The notes under the pieces were generated by a model. It saw nothing but the letters and a program-made list of their open reading frames with translations. It ran no database searches and had not been told where the DNA came from. Source: Bacteroidales bacterium (GTDB lineage: Bacteria; Bacteroidota; Bacteroidia; Bacteroidales; VadinHA17). Taken from it: DNA of 64,000 bases. Below, piece after piece: positions 15,733-24,358 of the stretch. The stretch is taken from the NCBI GenBank assembly GCA_003141415.1, contig PLLX01000164.1, positions 44,030 through 108,029 on the forward strand. The letters are read 5' to 3'. The position numbers were made by a program, and so were the translations under genes. Within the stretch, counting starts at the first letter, position 1. Every line of letters begins with the position of its first letter.

Positions 15733-18460
15733 AACTAAAAGTTACTGATGGAATAGCTCTTCCAAACACTGACAATTTGTACCCATTAACAAATTCTCCC
15801 TGATTTTTAAAATAAATTGAGTAAACATTTTCTCGTCCAAGAAGATTATATATCGAGAATGTCCAGTTTGGATGAGCAATTTTATGCGACTTCAGGTTCC
15901 CGCTTACTTTTAAAGAAAGATCAAGCCGCGAATAATCAGGAATTCTGTATTCATTGCGATCCGAATAAGTTACGAGCAATTTATCGCTGATGTCATATGT
16001 TGCAATAGGGTATGTTATTGGACGGCCCGTACTGTAAGTATAGTTTGAAGAGAAACTGATGCGGCGGGAGAAGAGATAATTAAATGTAACAACAAGATCA
16101 TTTGGTTTATCAAAATTAGCAGGGAACCATTTTCCTGAATTAATAATTTCATCACTGAAGGTACCAAGGCTTTTTATGAAGGTCCTGGAATATGTATACC
16201 CGATACTATAGCGAATTTTTCCTTCGGTCTTTTTAAGTACAAGCTCTAAACCATAAGCTTTACCCTTAACATTTACGATATCTTTTTCAATATTGTCATC
16301 CATTATCAGATTTGTACCTCCCTTGAAATCAACCATATTCTTTATTGTCTTATAGTATAACTCGGCAGAAGCCTCGAAATTATTTTTAAATAACAATTCA
16401 TAAAAGCCAATTGCTACCTGGTCACCTATCTGGGGTTTCAGATAATAATCACAGAGTTTCCAGGTATCTGTCGGAGCTATTGAGGTTGAATTCGAAAGCA
16501 GATGCAGGTATTGTCGTGTTCTGTTATAATTTATTTTAAAAGAATTCTTGTCTGAAATACGGAAATTCAATGACACTCTTGGCTCCAGTCCTGCATATTT
16601 GCTGGTGACTCCACCAGACTTGAAGTTAAGTGTGTCGGTAATTGTCGAAGTACTTTTTGAATAATCGGGATTGTAGATCATAACCGATTGTGGACCAAAA
16701 GAGTAATAAGAGGACATTCTCATTCCGACATTAACCGACAGAAAGTCTGTCAGAATAAATTTGTCTTCAACGTATAATGCTCCTTCCCAGGCACGTTCTT
16801 TTTCGATTGTACGAGGTATAACAAGTGATGAATCGTTGTTAGGAAGATAACTTCCAGGCAAAACATCATATCTGGTAAGGTCGAGACCAAAATTAATCTC
16901 ATTTCTTCCAAGGAACCAGTTAAAATCTGCTTTAAAGCCGGTACTATTAACTTTATGGGAAAGAACAAATGCTTCGTTTGGAATAGCCTGGCTTGAAATA
17001 TTGTAATTATAAGAACTGTTATTTATTGAAAGTGAAGAAAAAAACCGGCTTGTGAAAAAATGACGCCACTTCAAAACAAAAATATTATTATTATAACTGT
17101 AAACAGTATCGGAGTTGAACCGGAAGGAATCATGACTGGTGTATGCTGAAAAGTCTATTTTATTGTTTTTATTTAAGTCATAAGTTATCTTGCCGTTCAA
17201 ATCATAAAATGAGGCTCTGCTATTATGAAGTTCGGGGTTATTTATCAATCCGAATATCCAGTTTGAATAGGTTGTTCTTGCAGTAAGTATATAGGTAAGA
17301 GTATCTTTTATTATCGGGCCCTCCAGAGACACGTGAGCCGTTATAGGACTTATCCCGGCACTGCCTGCAAATTCATTCCTGTTTCCTTCTTTTGTTCCTA
17401 TGTCAAGTACTGAAGAGATCCTTCCGCCATAACGGCTTGGTATACCACCTTTATATAATGTGACATCCTTTATTATATCGGAATTGACTGCCGAAAAGAA
17501 TCCAAAAAAATGGGAAGAATTATAAATCGGTGCCCCATATAGAAGAATAAGGTTCTGATCTGCAGAGCCACCTCTTACGTTAAAACCGGCAGAGCCCTCT
17601 CCGACCGACTGAACACCAGGTATCAACAAAACGCTTTTAATAATATCAGATTCCCCCATCGATGTTGGTAAAAGCTTGAAGGATGTAATGTTGATCTTCT
17701 CAGCACCTACCTCAAACCGCTGAAGTGTAACACTCTTCTGGGCAGAAACAACAGTCTCCTTAAGAGGGATAAGCACACTATTCATCTCAACATTCATTTC
17801 ACCCGCTCCGTTAAGATTCAGATTTATAGTTTTTTCTCTCATCCCGATAAACGAAAACTGGACAACATGAATTCCACGAGGGACTGTCATAGTATAATAT
17901 CCATACTCATTGGAGATTGTTCCTATGGAAAGTTTCTTAATAAATACTGTTACTCCTGATACTGCTTCTTTAGTATCCTTGTTTGTAATATATCCTGATA
18001 GAGTTACATTCCCTGGATTATTTTTTTCGGCTGGATTTCCGATTTCCACCGATGCATTTCCTGCCAAGTGCTGGTTCTCTGCCGAGCCTGAAAAATCTGA
18101 GGGAGGGAGGAATTTATTGTTTTTTTCCACCCCTGTATTTGAAACCTTAACTGCATAATTATTTGTAATCACTACATTCCCAAATTCATCAATATAATAA
18201 TACAGAGATGTTCCTCTCAGAAGATTGTCCATAACACATTGAAGAGTGGTACAATCAGGATAATCTCCCAACTTCAGATCTTTCACCCAGTCATCTATAT
18301 AATAGAATTTTACAGGAAGGATACTTTCAACTTTTTTAACAAAATCTGTAAACGAAATATCCTTATACTGTGATGATATTCCGTATTTTTCCTGAGCACC
18401 AAGATTTATTGATAAGAAGAATAATAATATAAGAATATGGATCTTTAATTTCATAAACAC
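15722..18460 (-). CDS. TonB-dependent receptor with STN-like and CarboxypepD_reg domains (cassette B)
   Basis: 912 aa and collinear with 7367-10099. The 95-residue run FKLLPTSMGESDII...GRISSVLDIG is identical in the two proteins. Confidence 0.9.
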   Translation of the reverse strand: MFMKLKIHILILLFFLSINLGAQEKYGISSQYKDISFTDFVKKVESILPVKFYYIDDWVKDLKLGDYPDCTTLQCVMDNLLRGTSLYYYIDEFGNVVITNNYAVKVSNTGVEKNNKFLPPSDFSGSAENQHLAGNASVEIGNPAEKNNPGNVTLSGYITNKDTKEAVSGVTVFIKKLSIGTISNEYGYYTMTVPRGIHVVQFSFIGMREKTINLNLNGAGEMNVEMNSVLIPLKETVVSAQKSVTLQRFEVGAEKINITSFKLLPTSMGESDIIKSVLLIPGVQSVGEGSAGFNVRGGSADQNLILLYGAPIYNSSHFFGFFSAVNSDIIKDVTLYKGGIPSRYGGRISSVLDIGTKEGNRNEFAGSAGISPITAHVSLEGPIIKDTLTYILTARTTYSNWIFGLINNPELHNSRASFYDLNGKITYDLNKNNKIDFSAYTSHDSFRFNSDTVYSYNNNIFVLKWRHFFTSRFFSSLSINNSSYNYNISSQAIPNEAFVLSHKVNSTGFKADFNWFLGRNEINFGLDLTRYDVLPGSYLPNNDSSLVIPRTIEKERAWEGALYVEDKFILTDFLSVNVGMRMSSYYSFGPQSVMIYNPDYSKSTSTITDTLNFKSGGVTSKYAGLEPRVSLNFRISDKNSFKINYNRTRQYLHLLSNSTSIAPTDTWKLCDYYLKPQIGDQVAIGFYELLFKNNFEASAELYYKTIKNMVDFKGGTNLIMDDNIEKDIVNVKGKAYGLELVLKKTEGKIRYSIGYTYSRTFIKSLGTFSDEIINSGKWFPANFDKPNDLVVTFNYLFSRRISFSSNYTYSTGRPITYPIATYDISDKLLVTYSDRNEYRIPDYSRLDLSLKVSGNLKSHKIAHPNWTFSIYNLLGRENVYSIYFKNQGEFVNGYKLSVFGRAIPSVTFSFDF

Positions 18461-18464
18461 AAGT

Positions 18465-19178
18465 CTATCTGCTTATACCATCATAATACCTGATTACAGG
18501 AATAAAACTTTCTGGTACCTTTTTTGAAATCTTTAACTTACTTTTCTTTATAAAAGCTTTAATTTGGATTTTATCTTTATCAAAAACTTTTAATAGCTCA
18601 CCTTTAGTGGCAATCTGATGAATTATTCCGTCTTTCAGAAAATAGATCTTATAGGTCCGATAAAACAAATCGTACTTATCATCAACAGCAAGCAATTGAA
18701 TTTCTTTCTTATACTTAATATACAAAGCTGATTTCCCTTTATATAATTCATTAACAAAACCTTTAAGACCTGGCAGGCTATCCTCCCGGATATTTACAAA
18801 CTTGTAATTCTGAAAGCCAAAAACCACAGAAAAACTGTCAACCATTTCCTTGTTAAGTTGCAGAATAGAACTAAGATTTGTCGGGGTTATGATCTCATCG
18901 TTATAGATATCATAATTGATGCTTAAATTCTTATATGTTTTACCATTAATTGTCAATGAACCGTGTAAATAATCTTTGGAAAAAAGGAATTGGTCTCCCT
19001 TGACATTATAATATAGATTTCGCCAAACTTTGCCATTATAAAGAATCTGATTCTCTTTAAGGGGATCCTGCTGACTTGATTTATAAGGGTGTGGCTCACC
19101 AAAACATGGTACAGCATTTAGACCAGAACCCGCAAAAATGATAAATAAGAATATGTATAGGAGATTTGTTCTGTTCAT
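18465..19178 (-). CDS. Secreted 237-aa protein of unknown function, first gene of cassette B
   Basis: Signal peptide; paralogue of 10110-10826. Confidence 0.6.
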   Translation of the reverse strand: MNRTNLLYIFLFIIFAGSGLNAVPCFGEPHPYKSSQQDPLKENQILYNGKVWRNLYYNVKGDQFLFSKDYLHGSLTINGKTYKNLSINYDIYNDEIITPTNLSSILQLNKEMVDSFSVVFGFQNYKFVNIREDSLPGLKGFVNELYKGKSALYIKYKKEIQLLAVDDKYDLFYRTYKIYFLKDGIIHQIATKGELLKVFDKDKIQIKAFIKKSKLKISKKVPESFIPVIRYYDGISR

Positions 19179-19322
19179 TAAGTCGGTTACTTGTAACTTT
19201 GAATAGGAATTCTTAAATAAAAGATGAATTAAAAGTTTCTAAAGATATTAAAAAGATTAGAGTACATTCCGTTTGGAATAATTAAAGTATGCTGTTTTAA
19301 TAAAATTTAACAGTCCATTCAC

Positions 19323-20720
19323 CTATTTTATCAGGCCACTGACTTTAAAAACATATGCAAGCTGATAATCGTCAGGAGTAAGTACAGGTGCAGTTATAAG
19401 CAGATTCCCTCCCGTTTTTTTGACAGAAACAGGTCCGTCTGTGCCCAGAAGTATGGCTTGTATTTTATTATCCGGAGCGATGCCCCTCACGAGAATATCA
19501 CTCTTGGGCCAATTAAGACAAATGATATAAATCTCTTTGTTTTTTTGAGTAAAAAAGATGGTTTTATTTGTTTCAGGATTGATTTCTAGATCCTTTTTTG
19601 ACTTTATAAAAGCCCGTGTACTATAAATAGCTTCACCATTTATTTTTAACCACTTACCTATTTCGAGAAGTCGTTGTTGCATAATAACAGGTATTGTTCC
19701 ATCGGCCGCAGGTCCGATATCAAGAAGTAAATTTCCGCCTGCAGATACTGTTGATACTAATAGTCTGATGAGTTGTTCAGCGGTGGAATAATCAGAAAGA
19801 CCCTCTGTCCGGTTGAAACCGAATGAGGTTCCGATTCCCCTGCACTCCTCCCATGGATGAGGAACAACATTATCAATTCCTTCTTTATCACCTATTAGAC
19901 CATATTCAGTTGTATAGAATCCACCGTGTTTACTTCTCGTTTCACTGCCCCACCTGTCGTTTACAACAATATTATCTTTTACAGGAGATTCATTGTAAAG
20001 CCATGCCAGAAAGTCTTCACTTTTCCAATCTTTACTTGTCTTTTCCCACTCGCCATCGGTCCAAAGGATATCTGGCAAATACCGGGTTACCAGATCTTTC
20101 ATCTGCGGTATCATATGTTCAGTTACATAAGCAGGGAGATTACTCTGGTAAATTGGATTATACCATTCATAAAGTGAATAATAAAATCCCATATGAAGAC
20201 CCTGATTTTTAACCGCTGTTGTCAGGTCGCCGCAGAGATCACGATGCGGTCCGACATCAACACTGTTCCAGTTCCAGCTCTGAGCACTTGGCCACAATGT
20301 AAACCCTTCGTGATGTTTTGAAGTGAGAACTACATATTTTGCTCCTGATTCTTTAAATAGTTCAGCCCACTTAGCCGGATCAAATAGCTCTGCTTTGAAC
20401 ATAGGTGCAAAATCCTGGTACCTGAAGTTTGGTCCGTAAGTTTTTGTATGAAAGTCCTTAAAATATTTCTGAACTTTCCCGGGTTGGTCCATCTTTCTCC
20501 AATACCATTCTGCATATCTGTCATACACACTAATACTGTCACCGGTTGGACCCCATGCAGGAACTGAGTAAACTCCCCAGTGAATAAATATTCCGAACTT
20601 GGAATCCTGGAACCATTGCGGAACAGGTCTCTTATCAAGTGATTCCCAGACGGGTTTGTAATTCTGGCCATTAAGGTTTACTGCCATGAACAGCAAAAAT
20701 ACCGCTATTGAGTTTTTCAT
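19323..20720 (-). CDS. Alpha-L-fucosidase, GH29
   Basis: Signal peptide. FGIFIHWGVYSVPAWG, YAEWYWRKM, KYVVLTSKHHEGFTLWPS and GGNLLLDIGPAADG are classic GH29 motifs. Confidence 0.9.
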   Translation of the reverse strand: MKNSIAVFLLFMAVNLNGQNYKPVWESLDKRPVPQWFQDSKFGIFIHWGVYSVPAWGPTGDSISVYDRYAEWYWRKMDQPGKVQKYFKDFHTKTYGPNFRYQDFAPMFKAELFDPAKWAELFKESGAKYVVLTSKHHEGFTLWPSAQSWNWNSVDVGPHRDLCGDLTTAVKNQGLHMGFYYSLYEWYNPIYQSNLPAYVTEHMIPQMKDLVTRYLPDILWTDGEWEKTSKDWKSEDFLAWLYNESPVKDNIVVNDRWGSETRSKHGGFYTTEYGLIGDKEGIDNVVPHPWEECRGIGTSFGFNRTEGLSDYSTAEQLIRLLVSTVSAGGNLLLDIGPAADGTIPVIMQQRLLEIGKWLKINGEAIYSTRAFIKSKKDLEINPETNKTIFFTQKNKEIYIICLNWPKSDILVRGIAPDNKIQAILLGTDGPVSVKKTGGNLLITAPVLTPDDYQLAYVFKVSGLIK

Positions 20721-20743
20721 AAAGCTAATCTATCGTTTGTTTA

Positions 20744-20923
20744 TCAATGTAATACCTTTCCATCATGGAAGTCGGGTCGTAAACGCCTGTAATACATACA
20801 CCAGCAATTTCCACAGGCCCCTTTTGGTCCAAAAAGTCTGACAAATTTATCCCAAATGGATTTTGTCAGAGGTTCGAAGGTAAGCAGGCTCAGAAAGTCA
20901 GATTCAGTATGGTCCTTTATCAT
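20744..20923 (-). pseudogene. 59-codon remnant resembling the N-terminus of a GNAT-type acetyltransferase family carrying a CxxCWC motif
   Basis: Below the ORF-track cutoff. Manual translation: MIKDHTESDFLSLLTFEPLTKSIWDKFVRLFGPKGACGNCWCMYYRRLRPDFHDGKVLH*. The segment FG..GACG.CWCM..R matches my memory of N-termini of ~150-170-aa GNAT proteins. It sits in a locally GC-richer 265-nt spacer. Confidence 0.4.
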
Positions 20924-20985
20924 ATCACGTATCTATCTTGCTTATAATTAATAGTCTGTTTAGTGCAAGACAAGATGCAATTTAT

Positions 20986-21669
20986 TCATTTTACAATTCT
21001 TTGCAGATGTATATTCCGGATTGCGGCAGTCGTATTCCATGAAGCAATGCCAAATGGTCTGGATAACTCTACTTCAGGACGTATTGACAGTTTCTTATTA
21101 TTAATGATATAGTTAACTACCCTATCACTGTCAATCCATGATTTTATAAACTCATCAGTAACAGCCAACCGGATATGATACCATCTGTTTTTGTCAAAAT
21201 TACGAATAGTTGTGGTTTCGTTTTCTGATGCATCTTTCCCATCAATACTGGATAGACCCACAGTTGCTCCTCCCCACCCTCCGATGATCAGGGTACAGGG
21301 ATTCTTTCCTACCGGGAATGTCATACCGCAAAAAAAATCATTTCCGGCTACGCGCATTGCATCAAGCGAAACCTCATATCCTGTTCTTGGGAAAGCTTTC
21401 TTCCATGTAATACCGGTACAACCCTCTCCCATTCCAAGAATGATCTCACCGCCAGAAACATAGACTGGTCCCTGAGGACCGAAGTTTGTAATTTCCCAGC
21501 CATCGAGTGATTTTCCGTCGAAAAGCAATGAGGTATCACGGACTTCATGAATCACAGCCGATTCCTTTTTCGCAAATGGATTCCTATCGGAACAGCCAGA
21601 AATAATAACCAGACAAATCAGTATCACGAGAACTGAACAGCCAACTATATGTTCTTTAAATAAGGTCAT
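20986..21669 (-). CDS. DUF1080 (3-keto-disaccharide hydrolase-like, concanavalin-type) lipoprotein
   Basis: Lipobox ISGCSD. LFDGKSLDGWEITNFGPQGPVYVSGGEIIL and the C-terminal IRNIHLQRI are typical of DUF1080. Confidence 0.8.
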   Translation of the reverse strand: MTLFKEHIVGCSVLVILICLVIISGCSDRNPFAKKESAVIHEVRDTSLLFDGKSLDGWEITNFGPQGPVYVSGGEIILGMGEGCTGITWKKAFPRTGYEVSLDAMRVAGNDFFCGMTFPVGKNPCTLIIGGWGGATVGLSSIDGKDASENETTTIRNFDKNRWYHIRLAVTDEFIKSWIDSDRVVNYIINNKKLSIRPEVELSRPFGIASWNTTAAIRNIHLQRIVK

Positions 21670-21674
21670 TAAAA

Positions 21675-22949
21675 TTACTCCTCAGATTTTTTCAGCTCGC
21701 GAACAGGTTTATCTATGATCTCCAGATCGGGCAATACATTTTTGTTATCTGTCGCTTTCAATTGCTCCAGTTTTCTGCCCGCAGGTAAAACCCGACTTTC
21801 CCATGACCCTATTGCATCATTATATCCTTTCAGTGCAGTTTTTAATCCGCCGCCTACTTTTTCAAGATGATCGGCAAACACATTAACCCTCCCATAGAAA
21901 TCATTTGCAGCATCCATTATCCCTAAAGCATTCTCTGTAATGCTATGCTGCTGCCACGACATTGCCACTGATTTCAGAACTACGATCAATGTGGTTGGTG
22001 TGGTTAAAATTATTTTATTATTCATAGCATCCTGCAATAAAGTCTTATCCGTCATCAAAGCCACATTCAATGCAGATTCAACCTCCATGTACAATACAAC
22101 AAAGTCGGGAGTATTCTGGAACTGTGACCAATATTGTTTTTTGCTTAGCCGGTTTACATGATCCCTCAGGTCTTTTGCGTGCTTCGCAAAAAGAAGATTC
22201 CGTGAATTTTCATCATCTGTTTCCAATGCCTGCAGATATGCATCGAGTGGTAATTTGGAATCGACAACAACATGACTGTTCCCGGGAAGATTGATGATCA
22301 TATCGGGCTTTAACACCGAATCCTCTCCTTCAGTATAAACCTGCTCAACAAAATCACAATGAGCCGATAACCCTGAAAACTCAACAACCCGCTTTAATCC
22401 GATCTCGCCCCATTTTCCCCTTACTCTGGGATTTCTCAGTGCATTTACCAGGGCCCCGGTTTCTTTTTGCAGGCTGGCATTGGTTATCTGAATATTTGAT
22501 AACATTTCCGTAACCTGGCCGAAAGTTTTTTCCGAACCTTTTTCAAGTTCTTCAATCCTTTTTTTATAACTGTCGATCGATTCTTTTACTGGTTTAAGCA
22601 TCTCGGAAATAGCAGATTTGCGTTCATCAAGATTTCCTTCCGCTTCCTTAACATGAGTTTCGAGTTGAGATTTTGCCAGATCCATGAACTGTTTATTGTT
22701 TTGAGTCAGAGCATCTGAAGCAGCCGATTTAAAAGTATCAACCATTGCTTTTCTGACTTCTTCAAGACTATTCGATTGTGCTTCCACCCTTGCCTGTAAA
22801 ACACTGTTCTGCCTGTTAAGCATATTATTTTCATCAGCTTTTAAAAGTAATTCCTTCTGATGTAATGTATTTAACCCCGACTTTGTACCCAGATATGTTA
22901 TCAAAGCCCCAATTACTAAGCCTATAATTATATAAAGTATAATTTCCAT
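21675..22949 (-). CDS. rmuC: DNA recombination protein RmuC
   Basis: N-terminal TM helix and a long coiled-coil. The conserved C-terminal part reads RGKWGEIGLKRVVEFSGL..HCDFVEQ...PDMIINLPG...VVDSKLPL..Y. Confidence 0.85.
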   Translation of the reverse strand: MEIILYIIIGLVIGALITYLGTKSGLNTLHQKELLLKADENNMLNRQNSVLQARVEAQSNSLEEVRKAMVDTFKSAASDALTQNNKQFMDLAKSQLETHVKEAEGNLDERKSAISEMLKPVKESIDSYKKRIEELEKGSEKTFGQVTEMLSNIQITNASLQKETGALVNALRNPRVRGKWGEIGLKRVVEFSGLSAHCDFVEQVYTEGEDSVLKPDMIINLPGNSHVVVDSKLPLDAYLQALETDDENSRNLLFAKHAKDLRDHVNRLSKKQYWSQFQNTPDFVVLYMEVESALNVALMTDKTLLQDAMNNKIILTTPTTLIVVLKSVAMSWQQHSITENALGIMDAANDFYGRVNVFADHLEKVGGGLKTALKGYNDAIGSWESRVLPAGRKLEQLKATDNKNVLPDLEIIDKPVRELKKSEE

Positions 22950-23174
22950 CTACCAGCGATCTATTAATTCTCAAATTTAAAGGATTTAAGTGTAATTGCG
23001 CTGATAAAAGTTTCATTTTACCAATTTTACTATCTTCGCAATACTTAATCCAAATAAAATAAAAGGATAATATCAGTTTTTACCACATTATTGACCATTC
23101 TTGCCGGCATTAACATTAAATTAAAATGATCTTATAACCAGAATCAATTATCCAAATATTTAAGATTCAGAAAT

Positions 23175-23933
23175 ATGAAAATTAAAATCGCAGATTATCC
23201 AACTTTTAACACGACTCTTGACAAAAAGGAAACAAAGGAGAAAACAAAAAAAATATTAAAAAAGATCGGGAAGCTTCAGTACAAAATGTATGGTCAGAAT
23301 AAGTTCAGTCTTCTGGTTGTTTTCCAGGGCATAGATGCTTCGGGGAAAGACGGAGTCACCAAAGATCTTATTAAGTATAGCAATGATGTCGGCATAAAAA
23401 TACACAGTTTTAAGAAACCAACTGAGGAAGAATTTGCTCACGATTTTCTGCAAAGGGTTCATGCAGTAACTCCCGGAAGAGGTGAACTGCGGATATTTAT
23501 CCGTTCCCATTACGAGGACATTCTTGTCCCATCAGTCGAAAAATATATCAATGATGAGATCATTGAACATCGTTATAACCTGATTAACGATTTTGAAAAA
23601 CTTGTTGAGAGTAATAATACCAGAATTCTTAAGTTTTTTCTAAATGTTTCAAAAGAGACTCAGAAAGAGAGACTTATCGAAAGGATCGAATCTAAGAAAA
23701 AGCATTGGAAACACAAAGATAGTGATTGGGATACACGAGAAAAATTTGATGAATATATTGCCATTTATGAAAAAATCATTAACAGATGTAATGATATTCC
23801 ATGGCATATAGTTCCAGCTGACAAGAACTGGCAAAAAACTTTCTTTGTTGCAGCGGCAGTATTAAAAACACTTAAAGAACTGGATCTTAAATGGCCTGAA
23901 CTTGTAAGTGAAAGATTCAAATCTGGTAAATGA
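23175..23933 (+). CDS. Polyphosphate kinase 2 family protein (polyphosphate:nucleotide phosphotransferase)
   Basis: LLVVFQGIDASGKDGVTKDL is the Walker A of PPK2. Also FKKPTEEEFAHDFLQRVH, IFIRSHYEDILV and PADKNW. Confidence 0.85.
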   Translation: MKIKIADYPTFNTTLDKKETKEKTKKILKKIGKLQYKMYGQNKFSLLVVFQGIDASGKDGVTKDLIKYSNDVGIKIHSFKKPTEEEFAHDFLQRVHAVTPGRGELRIFIRSHYEDILVPSVEKYINDEIIEHRYNLINDFEKLVESNNTRILKFFLNVSKETQKERLIERIESKKKHWKHKDSDWDTREKFDEYIAIYEKIINRCNDIPWHIVPADKNWQKTFFVAAAVLKTLKELDLKWPELVSERFKSGK

Positions 23934-24298
23934 TATACAAATCAGATACTTCTCAGCCAATTAAAATCTTAATAACTATGGCAAAACAGCTTGATTATTT
24001 TGTGCATCATGTTTATTTCTGGTTAAAAAAACCGGTAACCAGGGAGACACGGAAAAAGTTCGAAAATGGACTGAAAGAACTTGTTACGATCGGGACAATT
24101 GTTGGGAAACACTTAGGTACTCCGGCTACAACTGACCGTGGAGTTATAGATAGTTCATATTCTTATTCCCTTCTTCTTACATTCAACAGCAAGGAGGATC
24201 AGGATGTTTACCAGACTCATCCGACCCACCTTAAATTCATCGACAATTGCGAGGAATTGTGGGAAAAGGTGGTGGTGTATGATTCGGTAAGTTTCTAA
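23930..24298 (+). CDS. Dabb (stress-responsive A/B barrel) domain protein; likely true start at Met 23978
   Basis: HHVYFWLKKP...SLLLTFNSKEDQDVYQTHPTHLKF is the Dabb pattern. The ATG at 23930 overlaps the PPK2 stop (ATGA), but MAKQLDYF at 23978 gives the usual ~105-aa length. Confidence 0.7.
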   Translation: MIYKSDTSQPIKILITMAKQLDYFVHHVYFWLKKPVTRETRKKFENGLKELVTIGTIVGKHLGTPATTDRGVIDSSYSYSLLLTFNSKEDQDVYQTHPTHLKFIDNCEELWEKVVVYDSVSF

Positions 24299-24302
24299 TT
24301 TC

Positions 24303-24352
24303 TACCCCATTTGCCCCCTGACCACTGAAGGGGAATTGGGGGCCACCCTCCG
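24303..24352. repeat. GC-rich extended hairpin element (REP-like, possible bidirectional terminator) between convergent genes
   Basis: ccccatttgccccct-gaccactga-aggggaattggggg can form a 5-bp stem plus an 8-bp imperfect stem. It lies between stops at 24298 and 24359 and is related to 2764-2806. Confidence 0.5.
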
Positions 24353-24358
24353 GAGTAA

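Larger units (their letters stand above)
12366..19178 (-). repeat. Segmental duplication, copy B of the four-gene outer-membrane cassette
   Basis: Same gene order as 2822-10826, with a single DUF4249 gene. Confidence 0.85.
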
